A DNA stretch of 64,000 nt from Candidatus Limnocylindrales bacterium (GTDB lineage: Bacteria; Chloroflexota; Limnocylindria; Limnocylindrales; CSP1-4): positions 70,272 to 134,271 of the forward strand of contig JBEKKR010000004.1 of the NCBI GenBank assembly GCA_050010635.1, read 5' to 3'. Every line of letters begins with the position of its first letter. The first letter of the stretch is position 1. The position numbers and the translations under genes are program-made. Under the pieces are notes generated by a model, which searched no databases, was not told the DNA's origin, and saw only the letters and a program-made list of their open reading frames with translations. This document shows, piece by piece, positions 1 through 8,133 of the stretch.

Positions 1-1
1 C

Positions 2-157
2 GCGGGCCGCTGGGACGCCAAGGAGCGAGGCGAGCTCCAGCACATGGAGCCGGGCGACGTCCGGCGCTACGATCTGGAGATCGGCGCCCTTGTAGGCGAG
101 AAGGCGATCGACGGGTTCGCGACCCGGGTGGAGCGGCTCGCACCGGCCCCGAAGTAG
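2..157 (+). CDS. C-terminal fragment of an upstream gene (5' partial), unknown function
   Basis: Frame 2 is open from the window edge to TAG at 155-157 (..WDAKERGELQHMEPGDVRRYDLEIGALVGEKAIDGFATRVERLAPAPK). Amino-acid composition is protein-like. No recognisable family. Confidence 0.3.
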   Translation, partial: AGRWDAKERGELQHMEPGDVRRYDLEIGALVGEKAIDGFATRVERLAPAPK

Positions 158-235
158 CCGGAACGAGCTCGGCCCGCCGGCCGGAGAGATCCGCGTACTC
201 GAAAGGTCGAAAGGCGCCTAGACTGGCGAGGGCTC

Positions 236-601
236 ATGCCGCCCTTGACTACGGCGGGGCGGCGGGCCCGGAGCTTCAAGGTGTCCTACGGGCTTCTTCA
301 CCGCCGGAGCGAGGCGGCACGGTCATCGATCCTGCGCGATCCTTCGCCCTCCAGGCGCATCTTCGTCGCATCGGAGATCGGGGCCGGCTGGCTCGTCGTC
401 GATACGGACGGTGTCGGCGTGGGCAAGGTGGCCGGGCTCGAGGGCGACTTCCTGATCGTCTCGCGCGGTTTCCTCTCTCCGCGTCTGTATGTCCCGCTCG
501 TGGGCGTGAGAGAGGTCACCGAAGGCACGGTGCGCCTCACCCTGACGATCGACCAGATCACCGGAAGTCGCTGGGCGGAGAAGCCGCGCAACGACCACTA
601 G
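236..601 (+). CDS. DUF2171-like small protein (PRC-barrel-like), hypothetical
   Basis: Core segment IGAGWLVVDTDGVGVGKVAGLEGDFLIVSRG..LYVPLVGVREVTEGTVRLTLTIDQI resembles the DUF2171 fold. It parallels the second copy at 60853-61134. True start is probably internal (GTG at about 281). Confidence 0.45.
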   Translation: MPPLTTAGRRARSFKVSYGLLHRRSEAARSSILRDPSPSRRIFVASEIGAGWLVVDTDGVGVGKVAGLEGDFLIVSRGFLSPRLYVPLVGVREVTEGTVRLTLTIDQITGSRWAEKPRNDH

Positions 602-696
602 CCGTTCCGCGTGCCGGTCTGCGGATGCGGGCCGGCGCTCTGCCGCTCGGCAGATGCGAACATCGGTCGACAAGCAGGATCAGCAGGAGGGTAGAC

Positions 697-1140
697 ATGG
701 CCACAGTCCGTCGTGCGGCGGTCAAATGGACGGGCGACCTCAACTCGGGAAACGGTCGCGTGGATGCGGTCACGAGTGGAGCCTTCTCGGCCTTGCCGGT
801 GACTTGGGCCTCGCGAATAGAGGCGGCCGACGGCCGCACGAGTCCGGAGGAATTGCTCGCCGCCGCCCACGCCAGCTGCTTCTCGATGGCCTTCTCCAGC
901 GATCTGGCCAAGGCCGGCTCGCCGCCGGAGAGCCTGGAGGTCACCTCTGAGGTCACCTTCGACAGGGTCGACGGCAAGTGGACGGTGATTTCGAGCAAGC
1001 TGGCGGTCCGCGGCCGCGTACCAGGCCTGGACGAAGAGCGATTCCGCGCCCTGGCCGACGGGGCCAAGAACGGCTGCCCGATCTCGCGAGCGATACAGGG
1101 CAACGTCGCCCTCAGCATCGAGGCGTCCCTGGACCAGTAG
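697..1140 (+). CDS. osmC: OsmC/Ohr family peroxiredoxin-like protein
   Basis: MATVRRAAVKWTGDLNSGNGRVDAV.. with the conserved Cys region (AHASCFSMAF, NGCPISRA) typical of OsmC. Internal ATG chosen over the extended ORF-track start. Confidence 0.8.
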   Translation: MATVRRAAVKWTGDLNSGNGRVDAVTSGAFSALPVTWASRIEAADGRTSPEELLAAAHASCFSMAFSSDLAKAGSPPESLEVTSEVTFDRVDGKWTVISSKLAVRGRVPGLDEERFRALADGAKNGCPISRAIQGNVALSIEASLDQ

Positions 1141-1255
1141 TCGCGCCCCGGGGCCAGCCGGACTCCCCGCTCGCCTGGCGGCCGGGGCCGCCCGGGGAGT
1201 CGGAAGCCTGCGGGCTCTCCTCCCCTCCAGCGCCCGGCCCTGCTAATCTCGCCGC

Positions 1256-1801
1256 ATGAGCAAACAGGACCCGCCCAAGGCCGTTCGTATCGACAGCTGG
1301 AGCTTCGACGGCAGCTGGCCCGCCAGGCGGCCGGGTATCCCGATGGTCGGCATCTTCCTGATCATCCTGGGCCTCTTCCTCGGTGCCGGCCAGCTCTTCA
1401 GCCAGGCTCAACTGGGGGCCTCGGCATTCTTCCTCGCCGTAGGCCTAGTCCTGGTCATCGTCGGGATTCGCGACCGCAGCGACCTGGCCCTCTACGTGGG
1501 CGTGTTCATCACGGCGCTGGCCCTATCGGACGTCCTCACCAGCCTGAACGTCATCCGCGGCTCAGGATGGGGCACCCTGTTCCTTGGTGTGGGCGTGATG
1601 GCGATCGCCCTGATCCGCTCGACCGCCGGCCGCCGTTGGGGCTGGGCCCTTGGCATCGGCGCCCTCCTCGCCCTCTGGGGCGGCAGCGACGTGGCGGCGT
1701 CCTACGCCAACTTCCCCACCGATCGGCTCATCGGGCCTCTGCTGATAGTGCTTCTCGGGGTCTACATCGTGACCCGGAGCCGGAGCGGCAGGCGCGTCTG
1801 A
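1256..1801 (+). CDS. hypothetical integral membrane protein
   Basis: 181 aa with 4-5 hydrophobic helices (IFLIILGLFLGAG.., FFLAVGLVLVIVGI.., LLIVLLGVYIV). No family recognised. Confidence 0.55.
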   Translation: MSKQDPPKAVRIDSWSFDGSWPARRPGIPMVGIFLIILGLFLGAGQLFSQAQLGASAFFLAVGLVLVIVGIRDRSDLALYVGVFITALALSDVLTSLNVIRGSGWGTLFLGVGVMAIALIRSTAGRRWGWALGIGALLALWGGSDVAASYANFPTDRLIGPLLIVLLGVYIVTRSRSGRRV

Positions 1802-2222
1802 CTCCACCCAGCGCGGGTAGCTCTGCGGAAGCACCGGGCGGGCGCGGCGGCCCGAAGTCGGGCGGAAACGCGCAATTGGCCGGTAACGGTACGAACGCGT
1901 GCTCTGGGTTGGGTCCGTCGGCCCGGCTCGTTCGACCGAGGGCCCCGCGACCGAGGCCGTTGGACGGCGACGAACGGCCCCTCAGGCCGGCCTGTCGCCG
2001 GCCCGCGCTCGGAGCCCTCGACGGCCGCCGGAATCGCCGCCGGCGCTCCGATCAGCAGCTCCAGCAGCGAGTAGGCCTCGCGACGGGCTTCCTCCACAGA
2101 CAGCGCACCGGCCTCGAGAATGCGGACGACGAAGCCGTCGATGAGGGTCATCTTCGACGGTCATCCGGCACTTCGCCGGGTGGCCGTCGGGGACGTTGTT
2201 CGCCGGAGAGGATCCGGCGAGC

Positions 2223-3614
2223 TCAGCCCGGCCCGGGCGCGACCTCCGCGCAGGCCTTCTCTACCGCGCCCCCGACGATTTCGACGCAACGCGCCAACTC
2301 CACGTCCGTGATCACGAACGGCGGCCCGAGAAGGATGGTGTCGCCGTTCGTGCCGTCGGCGTTGCCCGTGCCGTGGTACATGAGCAGACCGGCGGCGCGG
2401 GCCTGGACCATGACGGCCTCGATCAGCCGGGCCGACCGCGGGAAGGGCCGCCGCGTAGCGCGATCGGCGACCAGCTCCAGTCCAACCATCAAGCCGCGGC
2501 CCCGGATCTCGCCAACGTTCCGATGGCCCCCCAGGCGATCCGCCAGGAGCCCCTTCAGCCGCGCGCCCTTGACCGCGCTCGCCTCGACGAGCTTCTCCGT
2601 CTCGAGGATTCGGAGCACCTCGCCGGCCGCGGCCGCACCGACCGGTGAGTGGCTGTATGTGAACCCATGGACGAAGCCACCGGCGGCCGTGACCGTCTCG
2701 TAGACTTGGCCACTCGCCACGGCCAGGCCGAACGGGAAGTAGCCCCCGGCGGCGCCCTTGGCCGCGGCCATCACGTCGGCCCGGACGCCCCAGTGATCCA
2801 TCCCGAACCATCGCCCCGTCCGCCCGAATCCGGTCATCACCTCGTCGGCCACGAGCAGGACGCCGTGGCGCCGGCAGACCTCCGCGACGGCCGGCCAGTA
2901 GCCGTCCGGCGGGGCCACCGCGCCGAGAGTGGCGCCGACGATTGGCTCTGCGACAAAGGCGGCCACTCTCCCCTCCCCGGCCGCGGCGATGGCCGCCTCG
3001 AGCTCGGCGACCAGCCTGTCCACGTCGCCGAGGGCGTGAGCGGCGGCCTCTCCCGCCCGGTACGGGTACGCGGCGCTGACGTGGTCGAAGCGGCCCAGCC
3101 ACGGCTCGTAGGGGCGGCGCAGCGGCTCGCGGCCGGATAGATCAAGCGCCCCCATGGAGTTGCCGTGGTAGCTGCCCCACCGGGCGATGACGGCGGTCCG
3201 GTCGGGCTCGCGGCGGGCCAGGTGATAGGCCCGCGCCAGCTTGAGGCAGCTCTCGATCGCCTCCGAGCCGCCGCTGACCGGGTAGATGGCCGGATCGTCA
3301 ACGGGGAGGTACCGGGCCACGGCTCGCGCGTACGACTCGAGCGGCTCGCTGGTGAAGGTAGTGCCGTGGACGTAGGTGAAGGCGCCGGCCTGGCGCGCCA
3401 TGGCGTCCACGACCGACTGCCGGCCGTGGCCCACGTTGACGACGACGGCCCCGCCGGCGGCGTCCAGATACGCCCGGCCTTCGGTGTCCCAGATGGTGCA
3501 GCCTTCGGCCCTCGCCGCGACCGGCAGATCGCGGCCGATGACCCGCTGGAAGACTCGCCCGGTGACGGTCGCGCCGACGCCAGCGCCGACGCGGGTGCGA
3601 TCTCTAAGGCTCAT
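2223..3614 (-). CDS. class III (omega) aminotransferase, PLP-dependent
   Basis: 463 aa. Carries the aspartate-aminotransferase-family-III hallmarks: GxGxxG-type PLP region, VLLVADEVMTGFGRTG (PLP-lysine loop), and SYHGNS. Confidence 0.9.
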   Translation of the reverse strand: MSLRDRTRVGAGVGATVTGRVFQRVIGRDLPVAARAEGCTIWDTEGRAYLDAAGGAVVVNVGHGRQSVVDAMARQAGAFTYVHGTTFTSEPLESYARAVARYLPVDDPAIYPVSGGSEAIESCLKLARAYHLARREPDRTAVIARWGSYHGNSMGALDLSGREPLRRPYEPWLGRFDHVSAAYPYRAGEAAAHALGDVDRLVAELEAAIAAAGEGRVAAFVAEPIVGATLGAVAPPDGYWPAVAEVCRRHGVLLVADEVMTGFGRTGRWFGMDHWGVRADVMAAAKGAAGGYFPFGLAVASGQVYETVTAAGGFVHGFTYSHSPVGAAAAGEVLRILETEKLVEASAVKGARLKGLLADRLGGHRNVGEIRGRGLMVGLELVADRATRRPFPRSARLIEAVMVQARAAGLLMYHGTGNADGTNGDTILLGPPFVITDVELARCVEIVGGAVEKACAEVAPGPG

Positions 3615-3733
3615 CTGCCGATTGTAGGACGCAGGTCAGATCAGCCGCGCGAACCAAATACATGAGTGAGTCACTTAGGGCCATAGGGCGCCCGTGACGT
3701 GACAAGCGGCAGATGGTCACATGCATTCCAGCG

Positions 3734-3747
3734 ATCTATTCATAGAT
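3734..3747. promoter_or_regulatory. perfect 6-2-6 palindrome ATCTATTCATAGAT, candidate ArsR-type operator
   Basis: Inverted repeat ATCTAT/ATAGAT seen directly in the divergent intergenic region. It lies about 65 bp upstream of the ArsR start and the whole sulfur operon. Confidence 0.4.
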
Positions 3748-3810
3748 CACGCATAGATCGATGGGAGTCCGCCAATGCCGAACCTCACGCGTCCGCTGGA
3801 GCACTGAGCC

Positions 3811-4179
3811 ATGTTGCGCCCCGCCGACGGCATCTACGGCCTCCAGGCCTCACTCCTCAAGACACTTGCCAGCCCGCGCCGGCTCGAGATCGTCCACTAC
3901 CTGGGTGAGTCCGGCCCGGTCGAGGTGCGGAAGCTCGCCGAGCATTTCGGCTCGACTCAGCCGGCGATCTCGCAGCACCTTGCCGCCCTGCGGGGAGTGG
4001 GCATCGTCGAGGCCGTTCGAGACGGTCGTGAAGTCCGGTACCAACTGGCCGATCCGGAGATCGTCGCGGCGTGCGGCGCGATGCGCCAGGTCCTGATTCG
4101 GCGCATTGCCCGTCTCGGCGACATCGCCGCGTCGTATTCCAACCCTCAACCGGCCGACTCCGTCCCGGTCAACCGGTAG
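3811..4179 (+). CDS. ArsR/SmtB family transcriptional regulator (sHdrR/SoxR-like)
   Basis: wHTH signature LKTLASPRRLEIVHYLGESGPVEVRKLAEHFGSTQPAISQHLAALRGVGIVE. About 60% identical paralog at 16892-17278. Confidence 0.85.
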   Translation: MLRPADGIYGLQASLLKTLASPRRLEIVHYLGESGPVEVRKLAEHFGSTQPAISQHLAALRGVGIVEAVRDGREVRYQLADPEIVAACGAMRQVLIRRIARLGDIAASYSNPQPADSVPVNR

Positions 4180-4222
4180 GCAAACCAAAATCTGGTTCCG
4201 CACAACAAGGAGATTGCGAGTC

Positions 4223-4588
4223 GTGGCCGAGAAGCTCATGTTCATGCTCACCCACGGGCCGAACCATCCCGAACACGTGACGATCCCGTTCGTCATGGCA
4301 GTTGCCGCTCTTGCCTCGGACGTCGAGGCCGTCATCGGACTCCAGGCCGACGGCGTCGAGATCGCCGTCAAGGGCCGCGCCGAATCGGTCGCTGCCGAAG
4401 GCTTCCCTCCCCTCTCCAAGCTCATGAACGACTACAAAGAACTCGGCGGGAAGATCCTCATCTGCGGCCCGTGCGTCAAGTCACGCCAGATCGACGCCGC
4501 CACCCAGCTCGTCGAGAACGCCGAGGTCGTCGCGGCGGCCCGGTTTGTGGTCGAACTGACTTCCGCCACAAACGCCCTGAGTTACTAA
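4223..4588 (+). CDS. DsrE/DsrF-like sulfur relay family protein
   Basis: GTG start 8 nt after AAGGAG. MFMLTHGPNHPE..ILICGPCVKSR resembles the DsrE/YchN fold. It sits immediately 5' of tusA. Confidence 0.75.
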   Translation: MAEKLMFMLTHGPNHPEHVTIPFVMAVAALASDVEAVIGLQADGVEIAVKGRAESVAAEGFPPLSKLMNDYKELGGKILICGPCVKSRQIDAATQLVENAEVVAAARFVVELTSATNALSY

Positions 4589-4612
4589 CCAGCAACCCAT
4601 TCGGAGAAACCT

Positions 4613-4876
4613 ATGAGCGCCTTGGACGTAGCAGAACTCGGAAACCTCACCGCCGCCGAAGTCATCGACGCCCGCGGCGCTGCCTGCCCCGGCCCGCTCC
4701 TCGAGGCCAAGAAGGGCATGGGCAAGGTCGCCATCGGCGACGTCATTGAAGTCTGGTCCAGCGACCCGGTCACCAAGACCGACATGGGCGCCTGGGCCGG
4801 CAAGGTCGGGCATGAGTTCCTCGGCGTCATCGAGGCAGACGGATACGACCGCGTCTTCCTTCGCCGCGGCAAGTAG
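4613..4876 (+). CDS. tusA: TusA-like sulfur carrier protein
   Basis: 87 aa with the invariant CPxP motif (ARGAACPGPLLEAKKGM) and typical two-layer alpha/beta size. Confidence 0.85.
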   Translation: MSALDVAELGNLTAAEVIDARGAACPGPLLEAKKGMGKVAIGDVIEVWSSDPVTKTDMGAWAGKVGHEFLGVIEADGYDRVFLRRGK

Positions 4877-4966
4877 CGCGGTCGGCCGGCACGAGCCGGC
4901 GGGACCCCGATCGGCGGGCGGCCCCCTCGCCCCCGCCGGGTTGAGCATCGCAGGAGCACTGGACTG

Positions 4967-5407
4967 ATGACTGCGCTCGCGGCACCTGTTGATGAGAAGA
5001 CGGGCACAGCCGCCCCGCGAATCCTGGTCTTCTCCACCAACAACATCTCCGATCCCGGCATCGACCTAGCCGGGAGCGCCCACCTCCACTACTCACCCGG
5101 TGTGCGTGTCATCAGCATGCCGTGCACCAGCGGCATCCGCCCTTCATGGATCCTCCACGCCATCAAGCAGGGTTTCGAAGGTGTCTTCATTGCCTCCGAC
5201 GGGGACGAGTGTGCCTACCTGCCCGACTGCGCCAAGCGCGCGTCGCGGATCATCGCCGAGGCTCAGGCGCTGCTCAAGGCGGAGGGTCTCGCGCCGCAGC
5301 GCATCAAGATGGCCGCCATCTGCTCGGTCTGCGCGGAGAACTTCGCCAAGCACATGAACCAGTTCTCGGAGGCGCTGATCGCGCTCCGATCGGCTGGAGC
5401 CAACTGA
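4967..5407 (+). CDS. MvhD/FlpD-like iron-sulfur protein (methyl-viologen-reducing hydrogenase delta subunit family)
   Basis: 146 aa. RILVFSTNNISDPGIDLAG..MPCTSGI..FIASDGDECAYLPDC..CSVC matches the MvhD Cys pattern. Its stop overlaps the hdrA1 start (ATGA). Confidence 0.8.
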   Translation: MTALAAPVDEKTGTAAPRILVFSTNNISDPGIDLAGSAHLHYSPGVRVISMPCTSGIRPSWILHAIKQGFEGVFIASDGDECAYLPDCAKRASRIIAEAQALLKAEGLAPQRIKMAAICSVCAENFAKHMNQFSEALIALRSAGAN

Positions 5408-8133
5408 TGACCAGCTACGACGCCCTTGTCGTCGGCAGCGGCATCGCCGGCATGGAATCCGCGCTCAAGCTGGGCGACATGGGCTACAAGATCCTGCTCG
5501 TCGAGAAGGAGGCGAGCGTCGGCGGCCGGATGATCCTGCTCAGCAAGGTCTTCCCCACCCTCGACTGCGCCAGCTGCATCTCCACGCCGAAGATGGCAGC
5601 CTCGATCCACCACCCCAACGTGACCGCTCTGACGTACACCGAAGTCGACGACATCGCCCGCCAGGAGGGCGGCCGCTTCAAGGCCACCATCCGTCGGAAG
5701 CCGCGCTTCGTCGACGAGGCCGCCTGCACCGGATGCCAGCTATGCGAGACGGCCTGTACAGTCGCCGTCCCGGACCAGTTCAACGCCGACATGGTCGCCC
5801 GCCGGGCCGCCTACATCACGTTCCCGCAGGCCGTACCGAAGAAGGCCGTCCTCGAGCGGGCCGGCACTTCGCCCTGCACCTACACGTGTCCTGCGGGCAT
5901 CAAGGCCCACGGCTACGTCTCCCTCATTCGCAGCGGGGAATACGAGAAGGCCTTCCAGCTCGTCCTGGATGCGACGCCGCTAGTTGGGACCCTCGGCCGA
6001 GCCTGCTACGCCCCGTGCGAGGGCGAGTGCACCCGCGGCTCCCTCGAAGGCACGCTGCCGATACGGCGACTCAAGCGCTTCGCCGCCGACCAGCACTACG
6101 CCTCCGCCGATGGGCCCAATGTCGAAATTCCGCCCGCCAACGGCAGGAGGGTGGCCGTTGTCGGCTCCGGACCGGCCGGCCTGACCGCCGCCTGGCAGCT
6201 CGCCCGGCGTGGCTACGGCGTGAAGATCTTCGAAGCCGCTCCGGTTGCCGGCGGCTTCCTCAGGCTCGCCATCCCGGCCTACCGCCTCCCGGCCGAGGTC
6301 GTGGATCAGGACATCTCCAACGTGACCGCCATCGGCGTGGAAATCGCCACGAATTCGCCGGTCACGGACCTAGACGCGCTGCGGCGAGACGGCTACGACG
6401 CCGTCCTGGTCGCCACCGGAACGCCGCTTTCCACCGCGCTCAACGTCCCCGGTGAGAACCTTGATGGCGTCCTCGGCGGTCTGAAGTTCCTCCGCACCGC
6501 CAAGCTCGGCGCCCCGACGGACCTGACCGGCAAGAAGGTCGTGGTCGTGGGCGGCGGCAACGTCGCCATGGACGCGGCCCGCAGCGCCGTCCGGCTCGGC
6601 GCCGCCGAGACCACCGTCGCCTATCGCCGCGGTCGAGAAGAGATGCCGGCCCATAAGGCCGAAGTCGACGAAGCCGAACAAGATGGCGTCAGGTTCTCGT
6701 TGCAGGTAGCTCCCGTCGAGGTCGTCGGTGATGCCGCCGGCCAAGTCACCGGGCTGCGCTGCCAGCGCATGGCCCTGGGCAAGCCCGACGCCTCCGGGCG
6801 CCGCCGCCCGGAGCCGATCAGGGGCAGCGAATTCGTGATCGCCTGCGACACGGTCCTCGTGGCCATCGGCATGGCTCCCGAAGGTTCGGCCTTTGGGAGC
6901 GGCATCGCCGCCAACGCGAACGGCACGCTCGTCGCCGACAAGAACACGCTCCAGACGGCCGTCCCGCACGTATTCGCCGCCGGCGACGTGACCACGGGCG
7001 CGTCGGACATTACCCAAGCGGTCGGCCAGGGCCGCCGGGCCGCCCACATGATCGACCGATATCTGCAGGGCGAGCCGCTCACCGGGTTCGAGATGGACGG
7101 CCTCCTGCCGCTCGTCGACAAGCCGGCCGTCCTGGCCCGCCAGAAAAACTACGTCAACCACTCGCCGGCGATCGCCGCCGAACCTGCACCCGGCGGCGTT
7201 GCCGGCCTCGCCAAGCCGGACTTCGCGGAGGTGGAGGCCCCCCTGACCGAAGAGGAGGCGCGCGCCTCCGCCGGCGATTGCCTGGACTGCGGCGTCTGCT
7301 CGGAGTGCCAGGAGTGCGTCACGGTCTGTCCATCGGATGCCATCCACCTGGACATGCGCGAGCAGATCGAAGAGATCGACGTCGGCGCTGTGGTGGTCGC
7401 AACCGGCTACAAGCTGTTCACGGCCGACGCCAAGCCTGAGTACGGCTTCGGCCGCTACAAGAACGTCATCACCGGCATGCAGATGGACCGCCTGCTCGCG
7501 CCGACCAGGCCGTTCAACACGGTCCTGCGCCCGGGCGACGGCAAGGTTCCCGAGCGAATCGCTTACGTCATGTGCACGGGCTCTCGCGACGAGACCGTCG
7601 ACAACCCGCTCTGCTCGCGCTTCTGCTGCATGTACTCGATCAAGCAGAACCAGCTCGTCATGGGCGCGCTGCCGCTGGCCGAGGTCACCGTCCACTACAT
7701 GGACATCCGAGCCCCGGGCAAGCGCTACGACGAGTTCTACGAGGGCGCCAAAGCGATGGGCGCCACGTACGTCAAGGGCCGCGTCGCGAAGATCACCGAG
7801 AAGCCCGACGGCAACCTGGTCCTGCGCTACGAGGACATCGAGCACGGCGGGGCGCTCGTCGAGGCCGAGTACGACATGGTCGTGCTGGCAGTCGGCGTCC
7901 AGCCGAATCGAGACGTCGAACGCCTCTTCTCAGGCGACACGATCGAACTCAACGATTACCACTACGTGGCCGAACCGAGCGAGGACATGAACCCGGGGAC
8001 GACGAGCATACCCGGCGTCTTCGTGGCCGGAACCGCGTCCGGCGCAAAGGACATCACCGACTCGATCCTGCATGCCGGCGCCGCAGCGGCCCAAGCCGCA
8101 GCCCACCTGGAGTCAGTGAAGGTGCCGGCATGA
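5407..8133 (+). CDS. HdrA-like FAD/FeS flavoprotein with inserted GltD/NfnB-like NAD(P)H oxidoreductase module
   Basis: 909 aa. Domains in order: N-terminal FAD Rossmann (VVGSGIAGM), a ferredoxin motif CTGCQLCETAC, and an approximately 430-aa pyridine-nucleotide-disulfide-oxidoreductase module. That module has two GxGxxG sites (VAVVGSGPAGL and VVVVGGGNVAMD) and ends in AAGDVTTG, like the glutamate-synthase small subunit. A second Fd motif CLDCGVCSECQECVTVCP follows, then the HdrA signature CTGSRDETVDNPLCSRFCC. Confidence 0.85.
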   Translation: MTSYDALVVGSGIAGMESALKLGDMGYKILLVEKEASVGGRMILLSKVFPTLDCASCISTPKMAASIHHPNVTALTYTEVDDIARQEGGRFKATIRRKPRFVDEAACTGCQLCETACTVAVPDQFNADMVARRAAYITFPQAVPKKAVLERAGTSPCTYTCPAGIKAHGYVSLIRSGEYEKAFQLVLDATPLVGTLGRACYAPCEGECTRGSLEGTLPIRRLKRFAADQHYASADGPNVEIPPANGRRVAVVGSGPAGLTAAWQLARRGYGVKIFEAAPVAGGFLRLAIPAYRLPAEVVDQDISNVTAIGVEIATNSPVTDLDALRRDGYDAVLVATGTPLSTALNVPGENLDGVLGGLKFLRTAKLGAPTDLTGKKVVVVGGGNVAMDAARSAVRLGAAETTVAYRRGREEMPAHKAEVDEAEQDGVRFSLQVAPVEVVGDAAGQVTGLRCQRMALGKPDASGRRRPEPIRGSEFVIACDTVLVAIGMAPEGSAFGSGIAANANGTLVADKNTLQTAVPHVFAAGDVTTGASDITQAVGQGRRAAHMIDRYLQGEPLTGFEMDGLLPLVDKPAVLARQKNYVNHSPAIAAEPAPGGVAGLAKPDFAEVEAPLTEEEARASAGDCLDCGVCSECQECVTVCPSDAIHLDMREQIEEIDVGAVVVATGYKLFTADAKPEYGFGRYKNVITGMQMDRLLAPTRPFNTVLRPGDGKVPERIAYVMCTGSRDETVDNPLCSRFCCMYSIKQNQLVMGALPLAEVTVHYMDIRAPGKRYDEFYEGAKAMGATYVKGRVAKITEKPDGNLVLRYEDIEHGGALVEAEYDMVVLAVGVQPNRDVERLFSGDTIELNDYHYVAEPSEDMNPGTTSIPGVFVAGTASGAKDITDSILHAGAAAAQAAAHLESVKVPA

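Noticed and set aside
1161-1205. Imperfect inverted repeat after osmC (GACTCCCCG ... CGGGGAGTC)
   Set aside because: Only a 9-bp stem with a 21-nt loop and no U-tract. Possibly a weak terminator, but indistinguishable from background GC palindromes.
1567-2703. 378-aa plus-strand ORF between the membrane protein and the aminotransferase (also 1762-2151 minus, 129 aa)
   Set aside because: It overlaps the well-supported minus-strand aminotransferase and has Arg/Pro-rich junk composition. The 1762-2151 ORF has a protein-like first 50 aa but an Arg-rich remainder, and it overlaps the end of the membrane protein gene. Not callable.
4893-4930. GC-rich hairpin (CGGCGGG ... CCCGCCG) between tusA and mvhD
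   Set aside because: Such short GC stems occur by chance throughout 70% GC DNA. It lies inside a tightly coupled operon 35 nt before an RBS. No evidence it is a terminator or attenuator.
5122-5406. N-terminal 95-aa extension of the 1003-aa ORF overlapping mvhD
   Set aside because: The extension is out of frame with, and fully overlaps, the MvhD-like gene. The HdrA Rossmann motif begins right after the internal ATG at 5407, which forms an ATGA overlap with the mvhD stop.
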